Positions 1 through 7,246 of a stretch of 27,417 bases of DNA are shown here, in pieces. The notes under the pieces are model-generated. The model had not been told where the DNA came from and did not search any database. It was given only the letters and a program-made list of their open reading frames with translations. The position numbers and the translations under genes are program-made. The DNA is taken from IMG/VR virus record IMGVR_UViG_3300030617_000044, positions 1 through 27,417 of that record. One strand, 5' to 3'. Source of the stretch: a virus. Positions within the stretch are counted from its first letter, which is position 1. Each line of letters opens with the position of its first letter.

Positions 1-123
1 CTCGTGGGGGATGTCCTTTTTATCGCCAAGCTCAATTTTGCGGTAATTATTAAATGACGCGTGCGATATCCCTAATATGGCCGGGATCAGCTTAAGCGAT
101 TTTTGAAAATCATCTACCGACAT
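1..123 (-). CDS. Duplicate partial copy (first 41 codons) of the Cro-like HTH gene at 27144..27413. It is a consequence of the terminal overlap, not a separate gene.
   Basis: The reverse complement of 123..121 is ATG, and the sequence is identical to 27413 downward. Confidence 0.8.
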   Translation of the reverse strand, partial: MSVDDFQKSLKLIPAILGISHASFNNYRKIELGDKKDIPHE

Positions 124-127
124 TTTC
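1..127. repeat. Terminal direct repeat. Bases 1-127 are identical to 27291-27417, indicating a circular-contig overlap or terminal redundancy. The unique genome is 27,290 bp.
   Basis: Base-by-base comparison of the two ends shows 127/127 identity. The repeat stops exactly at the window end. Confidence 0.95.
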
Positions 128-337
128 CGGAGATGCTCGTTAATGCGGTATTTGTAATTTTTCTGTGGCATTGTAATTTCTGTAAATTTTTAGTGTCGAA
201 AACCAAAATATTAGTATGTTTAACTAAGATTTTGTTATACAATACTAAGTTTTTTTTTGTATTAAAACAAAATTATTTAAGTAAATGATACTTAAAGTTT
301 TATTAACAACTTGATTTACAGTTAGATTAATTTACGA
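124..337. promoter_or_regulatory. Divergent control region between the Cro-like gene (minus) and the repressor-like gene (plus); putative lysis/lysogeny switch
   Basis: A 214-bp AT-rich intergenic region between two divergent HTH genes. It contains TTGTAATTT at 152-160 and 171-179 plus TGTAAATTT at 181-189. ACTAAG-T(n)-TTGT repeats sit at 223-236 and 244-261. TTGT..ACAA inverted repeats sit at 232-242 and 255-272. Confidence 0.5.
268..275 (-). promoter_or_regulatory. Candidate Bacteroidota -7 promoter box (TAATTTTG on the minus strand, matching TAnnTTTG) for the early leftward operon
   Basis: Plus-strand CAAAATTA at 268-275. No clear -33 TTTG partner was found, so support is weak. Confidence 0.2.
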
Positions 338-712
338 ATGACCTTAAGACAGATAGTTGAGCAACTATTGAAAGACAGTCCTAAATCGATGGCAGACCTT
401 GCTACTGAGATGGATAGAACCTATGATGGCTTTAAATTGAGCCTCAATAAAGAATCAATAAAATACAGTGATTTAAAAAAACTAGCAACCATTTTAAATG
501 TGCCAATAGAGCTCCTTTTTGTAAGTGGTACAACCAACATACAAAGCCAAAAAGGTGGCAGTTACAACACAATGGCGCATAGCTCCACATTGCATGAACC
601 GGCAACGGAATACATAAGAAAAGAGCTAGACGGACTTAAAAAACAGGTTACTTTATTGGAAAGCCAGATAGTTGATAAGGATCGGATAATTGAGCTTTTA
701 AGCAGGAAGTAA
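338..712 (+). CDS. XRE/CI-type helix-turn-helix repressor candidate with a C-terminal coiled coil
   Basis: 124-aa ORF. The HTH pattern is SMADLATEMDRTYDGFKLSLNKE...LKKLATILNVPIELLF, with a heptad-like C-terminus LDGLKKQVTLLESQIVDKDRIIELL. It is divergent from the early operon and co-oriented with the integrase. Confidence 0.65.
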   Translation: MTLRQIVEQLLKDSPKSMADLATEMDRTYDGFKLSLNKESIKYSDLKKLATILNVPIELLFVSGTTNIQSQKGGSYNTMAHSSTLHEPATEYIRKELDGLKKQVTLLESQIVDKDRIIELLSRK

Positions 713-760
713 TACGTACAACTTACAGGAATGGTTACACATAAACCTTTATATATCACA

Positions 761-1141
761 ATGAAAAAAATCATGTTAATAGGCTTGATAGCCTTAAGTT
801 CTAATGCTTGTAAAAAAGCTGACCCTAATGCCGGTAAAACAAAAATTGAGTATAAATACACGGCCGATGTGAGCGACACATATGAGGTTAGCTACTTGGA
901 TGAGAATAACGACCCACAGGGCGGAACCTTTACAGGAACTACTTATGATAAGGTAATTTATACTGATCAAGCTATGGGTTTCAAATTTGCGCAACTTACA
1001 ATAGTCACAACAGCGCTCCCAACTTATACAATACACGGTTCAGCATCGATTTATTGCAATGGTAAAATAAGTCAAGATAATGAAACATTAAGTAATGGGG
1101 GCGGGAACTCTTTAACCGTTACTTTTCCACTTTTTAAATAG
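761..1141 (+). CDS. Small secreted lipoprotein in the lysogeny module; candidate superinfection-exclusion or lysogenic-conversion factor
   Basis: The ORF track gives 731..1141. The internal ATG at 761 gives MKKIMLIGLIALSSNAC-KK, a signal peptide followed by a lipobox-like Cys. The remainder is beta-rich and polar. Confidence 0.6.
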   Translation: MKKIMLIGLIALSSNACKKADPNAGKTKIEYKYTADVSDTYEVSYLDENNDPQGGTFTGTTYDKVIYTDQAMGFKFAQLTIVTTALPTYTIHGSASIYCNGKISQDNETLSNGGGNSLTVTFPLFK

Positions 1142-1146
1142 GAAAC

Positions 1147-1159
1147 TGCGTCACTAAAC
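1147..1159. repeat. 13-bp direct repeat TGCGTCACTAAAC, copy 1
   Basis: Exact match to 1306-1318. A third partial copy, GTCACTAAA, lies at 1321-1329. Confidence 0.85.
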
Positions 1160-1264
1160 TGGCGCGTCAGTGCTGTTTTGTTGCGGCAAAAATGCAATTA
1201 TACTAGTAATAAGATACTTAGATCATAAAAATGTTAATAGGAATGTTAGCCCCATCATTTACCC

Positions 1265-1300
1265 AAAACCGCCTTTACAATGCGTAGGGGCGGCTTTTTA
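1265..1300 (+). terminator. Weak rho-independent terminator or attenuator after the lipoprotein gene
   Basis: CCGCC (1269-1273) pairs with GGCGG (1289-1293), followed by CTTTTTACTTTTT. The loop contains the ATG at 1280. Confidence 0.35.
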
Positions 1301-2530
1301 CTTTTTGCGTCACTAAACGAGTCACTAAAAGATACCTTTTCACTGGTGAAACCCGAAGATTTACCCTTTAAACCGCCCTATAAACCGGCGCGGCTTGTTA
1401 ATGAGGATAAGCCCCTCTCTGAACGGTGGTATATCGTTTTTTGGGTGTGGGATGCTGCCCAAAAACAATTAATCCGGCGCCGGGATTATAAAGTAAACAA
1501 ATTCGACAGCGTTAAGGAACGTAAGAAATACGCCGCAACAGAGATCAAAGGGCTTAATGAGCTTTTAAAAGCCGGTTACCATGTAAATGCCAAGGTTAAG
1601 GCAGCGCAAGCCAAAAAGCCTACTATCATGATCCGAAAGGATTTTACGGTTAAGCAGGCCTTTGATTTTGTGCTTACGCTGGTAAAGGCCACCAAACGAC
1701 CGGCCACTTACAACACCTATTCCTCATGCAGTAATTTGTTTACCACCTGGTTTGAATATTGCTACGCCAAATCGCTTAAAATTAGTTTCCTGCACAAATC
1801 GCATATCGTGGAATACCTCGACTTTGTCCAGGTTGACCGTACCTTAAACAACCGGTCGCGTAACGGATACCTGGGGCATATTAAAACCTTGCTGGGTTTA
1901 ATGGTTGAGCGGGATATCATACCGCATAATCCTGCGGTGGGCATCAGGGAAGAACCAGAAGATATTGGCGGCAATACCGCTTACTTGCCTGAGCAGGTAG
2001 CCACGCTTAAAACCGCCATTACCGAAGAAAATTACCGGCTGTGGCTATTTATCCAGTTTATATTTTACGGCTTTATCAGGCCGGGAGAGATCGGCCGCAT
2101 ACGGATTAAATTTGTCAACCTGGAATCGGGCAAAATATTCCTGCCGGGTAATATCACTAAAAACAGGAAACCACGGCATGTGCAGCTGTCACCGGCGTTT
2201 AAAAAATATATTTTGGAGATGAATTTGGGCGCTTATGATCCGGAACATTTTGTATTCGGGCATAACCTGGTTACCGGGCCTATGCAGCTGCAAAAGAATT
2301 ATGCCAGCGCACTACATACTAAAATTGCCCGCAAGCTTAAGTTTGGGCTTGAATACACCCTTTACTCGTGGAAACATACCGGTGTAATTATGCATTACCT
2401 TGCCGGTATCGATATTAAAACGCTGCAAAACCAATTGGGGCATTGGTCGCTACAGGAAACAGATACTTACCTCAAATCGTTAGGGGTATTCGATAATCAG
2501 GAATTTGAATTGAAAAGCCCATCGATCTAG
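1280..2530 (+). CDS. int: Tyrosine recombinase (phage integrase)
   Basis: 416-aa ORF with an arm-binding-like N-terminus (RWYIVFWVWD). The catalytic-domain landmarks are GFIRPGEIGRIR, YSWKHTGVIMHY and LGHWSLQETDTYL (His plus nucleophile Tyr). The start is uncertain: ATG 1280 sits inside the hairpin loop, and GTG 1346 is an alternative. Confidence 0.85.
   Translation: MRRGGFLLFASLNESLKDTFSLVKPEDLPFKPPYKPARLVNEDKPLSERWYIVFWVWDAAQKQLIRRRDYKVNKFDSVKERKKYAATEIKGLNELLKAGYHVNAKVKAAQAKKPTIMIRKDFTVKQAFDFVLTLVKATKRPATYNTYSSCSNLFTTWFEYCYAKSLKISFLHKSHIVEYLDFVQVDRTLNNRSRNGYLGHIKTLLGLMVERDIIPHNPAVGIREEPEDIGGNTAYLPEQVATLKTAITEENYRLWLFIQFIFYGFIRPGEIGRIRIKFVNLESGKIFLPGNITKNRKPRHVQLSPAFKKYILEMNLGAYDPEHFVFGHNLVTGPMQLQKNYASALHTKIARKLKFGLEYTLYSWKHTGVIMHYLAGIDIKTLQNQLGHWSLQETDTYLKSLGVFDNQEFELKSPSI
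1306..1318. repeat. 13-bp direct repeat TGCGTCACTAAAC, copy 2, followed by partial copy GTCACTAAA at 1321-1329
   Basis: Exact match to 1147-1159. It lies at the annotated 5' end of the integrase ORF. Confidence 0.85.
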
Positions 2531-2634
2531 ATCTCGCATCGCAAAATTATTTGGTGCTCGAGTATTTACCAAGAACCTTATCGCACAATAAAGCGATGTT
2601 GGCCAGCCTCGCATAAAACTGCGATTAGATCTAG
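2524..2634. other. Structured non-coding block immediately 3' of int; candidate attP/recombination region
   Basis: A 10-bp perfect palindrome GATCTAGATC (2524-2533) overlaps the int stop codon. TAGATCT recurs at 2626-2632. Nested ATCGCA / TGCGAT half-sites lie at 2539, 2580, 2593 and 2620. See findings. Confidence 0.35.
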
Positions 2635-2644
2635 CATAAAAGCA

Positions 2645-2680
2645 AAAACCCCGGCGACCCTTTCGGATGGCACGGGGAAA
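2645..2680 (-). terminator. Rho-independent terminator ending the late (minus-strand) operon
   Basis: CCCCG (2649-2653) pairs with CGGGG (2673-2677), with an inner ATCC-GAAA-GGGT tetraloop hairpin on the minus strand. It is followed on the minus strand by TTTTTGCTTTT. Confidence 0.6.
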
Positions 2681-2707
2681 ATGTCGCAAGGTTGTGGCGC
2701 GTACATT

Positions 2708-2944
2708 TTATTTATTCTTGGTTATCTTAAATTCGGTTTCTAACGTTGTTATGCGGGTATCAAGTAGGTTATATTTATCATCGCGCTTATCGAGCTTTTC
2801 GGCCATTTTTTCGATAATGGTAGTTAGGTTGGCAACCTTTTCGGCTAAAAAACCAACCTTTAAATAGTTAATGGCAAAGCCACTCCCGAAACTGATCAGG
2901 GCGACAAAATAAGGTAGTATTTCAGACAGTTTTGCCGCTTCCAT
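2708..2944 (-). CDS. Small membrane protein (N-terminal TM helix plus coiled coil), last gene of the lysis cassette; spanin- or holin-partner-like
   Basis: The ORF track gives 2708..2977. The ATG at 2944 gives MEAAKLSEILPYFVALISFGSGFAINYL (TM), followed by the heptad-rich LAEKVANLTTIIEKMAEKLDKRDDKYNLLDTRITTLETEF. Confidence 0.45.
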   Translation of the reverse strand: MEAAKLSEILPYFVALISFGSGFAINYLKVGFLAEKVANLTTIIEKMAEKLDKRDDKYNLLDTRITTLETEFKITKNK

Positions 2945-3212
2945 CGGTTGTATTTGTTGCAGGTGGCGTAATTGCATTAGGGTCTACTTTTGCCTGGGCG
3001 TGTATTATTCCCAGCCCTGATATGCCCAGGGCTACTTTTGCGGCTAACAGCAAATGTTCGCTTAAAACTACGCCGGTGCTGGCCTCTTTTAATATTACTG
3101 CTGATGCCGATAAGATGCAGGCCCACACATTGCGTACAAACTTGTAAATAGCCGGTGTCGGCGCGGTAAAGGTGTATAACAGCTTACCGAAAAATGCGAT
3201 TATTTTATCCAT
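2922..3212 (-). CDS. Holin-like small multi-TM protein
   Basis: 96 aa with 2-3 hydrophobic segments (VWACILSASAVIL; LLLAAKVALGISGLGII). It lies directly downstream of the GH25 lysin. Confidence 0.5.
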   Translation of the reverse strand: MDKIIAFFGKLLYTFTAPTPAIYKFVRNVWACILSASAVILKEASTGVVLSEHLLLAAKVALGISGLGIIHAQAKVDPNAITPPATNTTDGSGKTV

Positions 3213-3224
3213 GATTTTAATTGA

Positions 3225-3875
3225 TTAGGCGGTAATATTGGCTAAGGCGTTCAACTCTTCCTGCGTGCCCATCCACTGGTCTAAATCCATATTACCGCCT
3301 GTAGTTGCACCATTTAACTGACCATATTCGCTGTATTGCCAAATCTTATAAGCCCATCCCGGTATAAAAGGCGGCGGCGTTGGTTGGTATGAGGCTACCC
3401 AAAATATAGCATCGGGCCAGGTGTGGCAGATCACGTTTTTAATAAAATCATCATTTGAATAGATAATAATATCCTTACGGCCATAACGCGGATCGGCATA
3501 TAAAGCGGCTATGAAATTATTTACCCGTTGGATGCATAATGCCCGGTTATTGATTACGAATGTTTCTTCAGCGCTGCCGGAATCGGCTTCAAGGTCCAAC
3601 ATTAACGGTCCTGTGCTCCGCTCGGTATAACACACCCCTCTGCTTAAAACATTTTCAACTTGAAGTTCGCCATCGGCTTCCCAATCAAAAAAGTGATAAT
3701 CAATCACGATCACGGTAGGATATAGTCTTTTCAGCTCGTGATAAAATATTTGAAAATCCGGGTCCTGGAAGGAAGCGCCCTGCGTTCCTTTTATAGCAAC
3801 GATTGATATATCGGCGGGCAGGTTGTTAAGTACCTCAAGGCCGTTATTGTGTGAAAGATCGATTACTCTGATCAT
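3225..3875 (-). CDS. GH25-family muramidase (endolysin)
   Basis: VIDLSHNNG...VAIKGTQGASFQDPDF...IDYHFF matches the GH25 landmarks D-x-S-H, K-(A/G)-T-(E/Q)-G and YHF. It is adjacent to the holin-like genes. Confidence 0.7.
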   Translation of the reverse strand: MIRVIDLSHNNGLEVLNNLPADISIVAIKGTQGASFQDPDFQIFYHELKRLYPTVIVIDYHFFDWEADGELQVENVLSRGVCYTERSTGPLMLDLEADSGSAEETFVINNRALCIQRVNNFIAALYADPRYGRKDIIIYSNDDFIKNVICHTWPDAIFWVASYQPTPPPFIPGWAYKIWQYSEYGQLNGATTGGNMDLDQWMGTQEELNALANITA

Positions 3876-3910
3876 GGTATTATAAGGTTGAATTGATTTT
3901 ATGCTAAATA

Positions 3911-6064
3911 TTACCTGCTTAATGCACCTAAAAACGTTAAAACGTCGCTCGCGAATGATGCCTTTTGATCATCTGTAAAGCCAGCGCCAATACTTGCAAA
4001 ACCGCAACCATTTGGCGTAAACTGTACCGGCGTTCCGGTGCCATTAACCGCCCCTATATAAATACTTTTGGTAGGGGTGCCATTGGAAACATAATTTGCT
4101 GTTTGTTGCAAAGTGCCGTTTAAATCGAGCGTTTCAGTAGCCGCGTTATTTCTATTAATCAGCCATAAACCGGCAAAGCTATCGGTTATAGGAGCGTATA
4201 CTCCGCCCGTAGTTAAGCCACTGTTGGAGTTTACACTGGTATAATTTCGTGATCCATAGTTGAAAGTAAATTGGCTTATTTGATTATCAGCCGAATTATA
4301 GCCACCCATGAAAGAACTGTTATTCACCGCTGCGCTTAAAGAGTAATAACTCATATGTGCCGAATCTTGAGATATTAGGCCGTTTGTAGAAGGTATCAAG
4401 CCGGTATCGGCGTAAGAGCTCGTTCCATCAGGCAGATATCCGGTAGCGCCGAATACTTGCGAACCGCCATAAGAAAGCTGGTAGGTGGAAGGTGATATTA
4501 AGTTAAATGAACACTGGCTGGCCGCACCGCCCACAAATGGGTATATGGCTGCGCACAATGCCCAGGTGCCGTGCGCCTTTAATGCAATAACCAGGTTGGT
4601 TACAGCGGATTGCTGTGTCGGGTCTGTAATGCCGGCTGCCGTGAAAAATGCATTTGCATCCGCATCGCTTCCGCCGCCACCACCGCCGGTGTTTCCGCCC
4701 CTGCCAGTAGAAACTACGTCACCGGTCAATAACCAGGTGTTTATCGCTTGTTTGATTAATAACCCAATAGAATAAACCGCATTGGTGGAATATTTACCGC
4801 CTGCTGAATTAACAATTACACCCGTTGCCGAGGTAATATCTACCTGCCCGGCTCCCAATTGCAAAACCCTTATTTGCGATCCTGCCGCGAAAGGCACTTC
4901 GTTTTCCAAAGGCAACGTAAGCGCTACATTAGCCGCACTGTTAATGGATATAACCGAACCGCTGTCGGTCGGCTGCAAAGTATAGGCATCAGTTTGGGCA
5001 TTAAATGATAACTCCTTGCTTGAAAAGCCGATATTGTCCGCTTTAATGTTGCTTAAATATTGTGTCCGGGTAAAGATCGAATTATCATCCCCCACACCTG
5101 AAATAACCTTATTATACCGGATATAACCCTCTGTGCCTGATACCCGTTCGTCCAGGTCGAATTGAGTGGAATACCATAGGCCAGCACCAAGCCCATCGGG
5201 ATTGGTATCTTCTAATGCCAATTGGTTTATACTAAAAGGCATAACGCCCTTAACCACAATATTAAATGCCGTACGCGCCACGCAAGCCCTGTTTACCAGG
5301 GCAGGATGATAGGAGGTATTGAAGCTTAATCCCTCATAACACATATCAATCATAACATTGTCAATGTTCGCATGCTCATATAATTCCATGCCGGTGTATA
5401 CACCGATTATTAAAATTTTATCGGCATTTACGGAGACAAAATTATTAATGCCTGGGAACACTACTCCCCTGCATGTATTGGCTGGCATTACCGATAGGTT
5501 TTGGATAGACATCGTATCTATCCTTACATTCAATAAACTTAAATGCGCAAGGTTTAAGGCGTTAATAGCGGTAGCGGTAGGGGCAATATTGGTTGCGCCC
5601 GAAAGGCTATTTACGCGTATGGTGATATTTTCTACGTCTAAATGGCAATAACTAAAGTTACCCCACGGCCCGGTAGCAGAAAAGCTGCCGATTACGTTTC
5701 CCGCGCCAACTAACGTACTTTTTAGTATTACACCTGTGTTTGGGGGTGTTCCGCCGGTAAAGGGATCAGAATAATTATTCGGACCTGATTCACCCAATAA
5801 TTTTATTTTGTTATGCGCTACGCTGTTAACGTAGGCATGTAACGGAATGCTTAATTGACTGTTGGTCGTTCCATTCAGCGCGCCGCCTATAACATAAATG
5901 CCATTTGGAAGATAAACAACGCCGCCACCTGCCGCATCCGCGGCGTTAATGGCGTTTTGTATGGCAGTTGTATCATCGGTGGTGCCGTCTCCCAGCGCGC
6001 CGAAAGCTTTAACGTTATAAACGCGGCTGGTTTCTGATATTTTTGAGAATCTATCTATGAACAT
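3911..6064 (-). CDS. Spike/receptor-binding depolymerase: N-terminal pectate-lyase-3-like beta-helix, Gly-rich hinge, C-terminal lectin-like domain
   Basis: YNVKAFGALGDGTTDDTTAIQNAINAA..GGVVYLPNGIY is the signature N-terminus of the pectate-lyase superfamily and of tailspikes. The hinge is GGNTGGGGGGSDADANAFF. About 260 aa of beta-rich C-terminal domain follow. Confidence 0.7.
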   Translation of the reverse strand: MFIDRFSKISETSRVYNVKAFGALGDGTTDDTTAIQNAINAADAAGGGVVYLPNGIYVIGGALNGTTNSQLSIPLHAYVNSVAHNKIKLLGESGPNNYSDPFTGGTPPNTGVILKSTLVGAGNVIGSFSATGPWGNFSYCHLDVENITIRVNSLSGATNIAPTATAINALNLAHLSLLNVRIDTMSIQNLSVMPANTCRGVVFPGINNFVSVNADKILIIGVYTGMELYEHANIDNVMIDMCYEGLSFNTSYHPALVNRACVARTAFNIVVKGVMPFSINQLALEDTNPDGLGAGLWYSTQFDLDERVSGTEGYIRYNKVISGVGDDNSIFTRTQYLSNIKADNIGFSSKELSFNAQTDAYTLQPTDSGSVISINSAANVALTLPLENEVPFAAGSQIRVLQLGAGQVDITSATGVIVNSAGGKYSTNAVYSIGLLIKQAINTWLLTGDVVSTGRGGNTGGGGGGSDADANAFFTAAGITDPTQQSAVTNLVIALKAHGTWALCAAIYPFVGGAASQCSFNLISPSTYQLSYGGSQVFGATGYLPDGTSSYADTGLIPSTNGLISQDSAHMSYYSLSAAVNNSSFMGGYNSADNQISQFTFNYGSRNYTSVNSNSGLTTGGVYAPITDSFAGLWLINRNNAATETLDLNGTLQQTANYVSNGTPTKSIYIGAVNGTGTPVQFTPNGCGFASIGAGFTDDQKASFASDVLTFLGALSR

Positions 6065-6066
6065 AA

Positions 6067-7245
6067 TTAATCTCCTAAAATGATGGTTATTGGTGCCTGT
6101 ACGTTCGGGAATGAGAAATTGCCGTGGCTTTCGGTGAGGGTTTGGCTTACACCGTTACATATTACGGTTGCATGATCTGTTGTTGATACAACCGCGATGG
6201 CTACATTTCTGTATAGATAATCACCTATGGTTTCCTGAATTATTTGGCCATGTAAAATACCTGAGTAGTTATAATTTTCAGCGCCCTCTATGCTCACCGC
6301 GGTTATACTAGCTACCGACGCTTCATTCTCAATCGTTAGGTTATAGGTTGGTGCAGGTGGATTTACGGTACAAGTTGCCCCATTAGTGCCATCATTGGCA
6401 AATGCCTGGCCTGATGCCTCAAATGTGCCGTCAGCTGCCGCGGTTGAATCGGCATCCGCCTGGCTAATGGTAGAGGTATAAGTCTGTGAATAGTTGATGG
6501 CTGATCCAGTTGAGCCAGCGCCGCAATTGTTACGGGTAAAGCTTTCGGTACGGGTAGAGCTGTATACGGTAGCCACTACCGGTTGAAAGAAAGTGTCAAT
6601 ATAATATGGCGGGTTAGTTGCCCCGGTATCATCGGTATTGTTTGCAGGCAGGTTAAAGCCATCTTTTGAGGATAGGATCACATCGCCATCGGTATTAATA
6701 AGCAGGTATAATTCTATATTGGCTACTATTAAGTACTTTATAATATTTGCCGATGGCCTGTTGTTAACCGGCAAATTACCCAGTGTAATTGTTGTACCGG
6801 TAAAGCCGCTGGTTAACCCGAATTGTCCCTGTAAATAAGTGATCACCCGGTTAGGGAATGCGGAAAGGTCTGTTTTATATTGCAGTTCAAGCTGATCGAT
6901 CGTATCGCTTGACGGACTGTTTAAAGGTGTCCATACGCCAAAGTTTCCTGATAGTAAACTAATATCGGCACTATCGCCACCGGTGCCGGGAGCGCCACCG
7001 CCTTGCTGTTCATAAACCACCCAGGTAACCAGGTCGTTTTCCAGTTGGTAGGTAGTAGAATTGGCAATTACATAACAAGTCATCCCCGCCTCGCGCAAAT
7101 AAGTGCCTATGGCATTCATCGCCGCGATTGATGGCCTTGTATGCGCACCGCCCATAATTTCTTCCTGTAGCGCAACCGGGTATTGATCCAGGCTATCGTT
7201 TGGCCTGATGGCAGCGGCTATTAAGGTCCCTGTGTTCTTTCCCAT
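6067..7245 (-). CDS. Virion fibre/host-recognition protein with a DUF5977-like module
   Basis: FTRNNCGAGSTGSAINYSQTYTSTISQADADSTAAADGTFEASGQAFANDGTNGATC resembles the Cys-bounded DUF5977 repeat of Bacteroidota. It also carries a Gly-rich GGGAPGTGGDSAD hinge. Confidence 0.5.
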   Translation of the reverse strand: MGKNTGTLIAAAIRPNDSLDQYPVALQEEIMGGAHTRPSIAAMNAIGTYLREAGMTCYVIANSTTYQLENDLVTWVVYEQQGGGAPGTGGDSADISLLSGNFGVWTPLNSPSSDTIDQLELQYKTDLSAFPNRVITYLQGQFGLTSGFTGTTITLGNLPVNNRPSANIIKYLIVANIELYLLINTDGDVILSSKDGFNLPANNTDDTGATNPPYYIDTFFQPVVATVYSSTRTESFTRNNCGAGSTGSAINYSQTYTSTISQADADSTAAADGTFEASGQAFANDGTNGATCTVNPPAPTYNLTIENEASVASITAVSIEGAENYNYSGILHGQIIQETIGDYLYRNVAIAVVSTTDHATVICNGVSQTLTESHGNFSFPNVQAPITIILGD

Positions 7246-7246
7246 C

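Noticed and set aside
103-288. 61-aa plus-strand ORF in the switch region
   Set aside because: It has a TTG start, lies in AT-rich low-complexity sequence full of repeats, and overlaps the start of the Cro-like gene. It reads as regulatory DNA, not coding sequence.
562-1036. Minus-strand ORFs 562..879 and 794..1036 opposite the repressor and lipoprotein genes
   Set aside because: They are antisense shadows of two plus-strand genes that have clear HTH and signal-peptide features. They have no start context and no coupling to neighbours.
2480-2867. ORFs 2480..2689 (-) and 2667..2867 (+) spanning the int 3' end, the palindromic block and the terminator
   Set aside because: They cross hairpins, repeats and a terminator, and they oppose the flanking operon direction. 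Their apparent peptide similarity to 19929..20309 (GWPTS…) is explained by the shared DNA repeat TGGCCRACATCGC.
4485-6037. Plus-strand ORFs inside the spike gene (4485..4775, 4782..4985, 5358..5651, 5855..6037), and similar antisense ORFs inside other long genes (for example 6638..6838, 7311..7649, 8627..8959, 22232..22697)
   Set aside because: These are shadow ORFs antisense to long, motif-supported genes. None has a recognisable motif or an independent intergenic context.
6065-6085. AGGAG Shine-Dalgarno-like sequence 8 nt upstream of the spike start codon
   Set aside because: It is part of the last codons of the upstream gene (…LGD*). No other late or early gene has an SD-like leader, which is consistent with Bacteroidota-type translation initiation.
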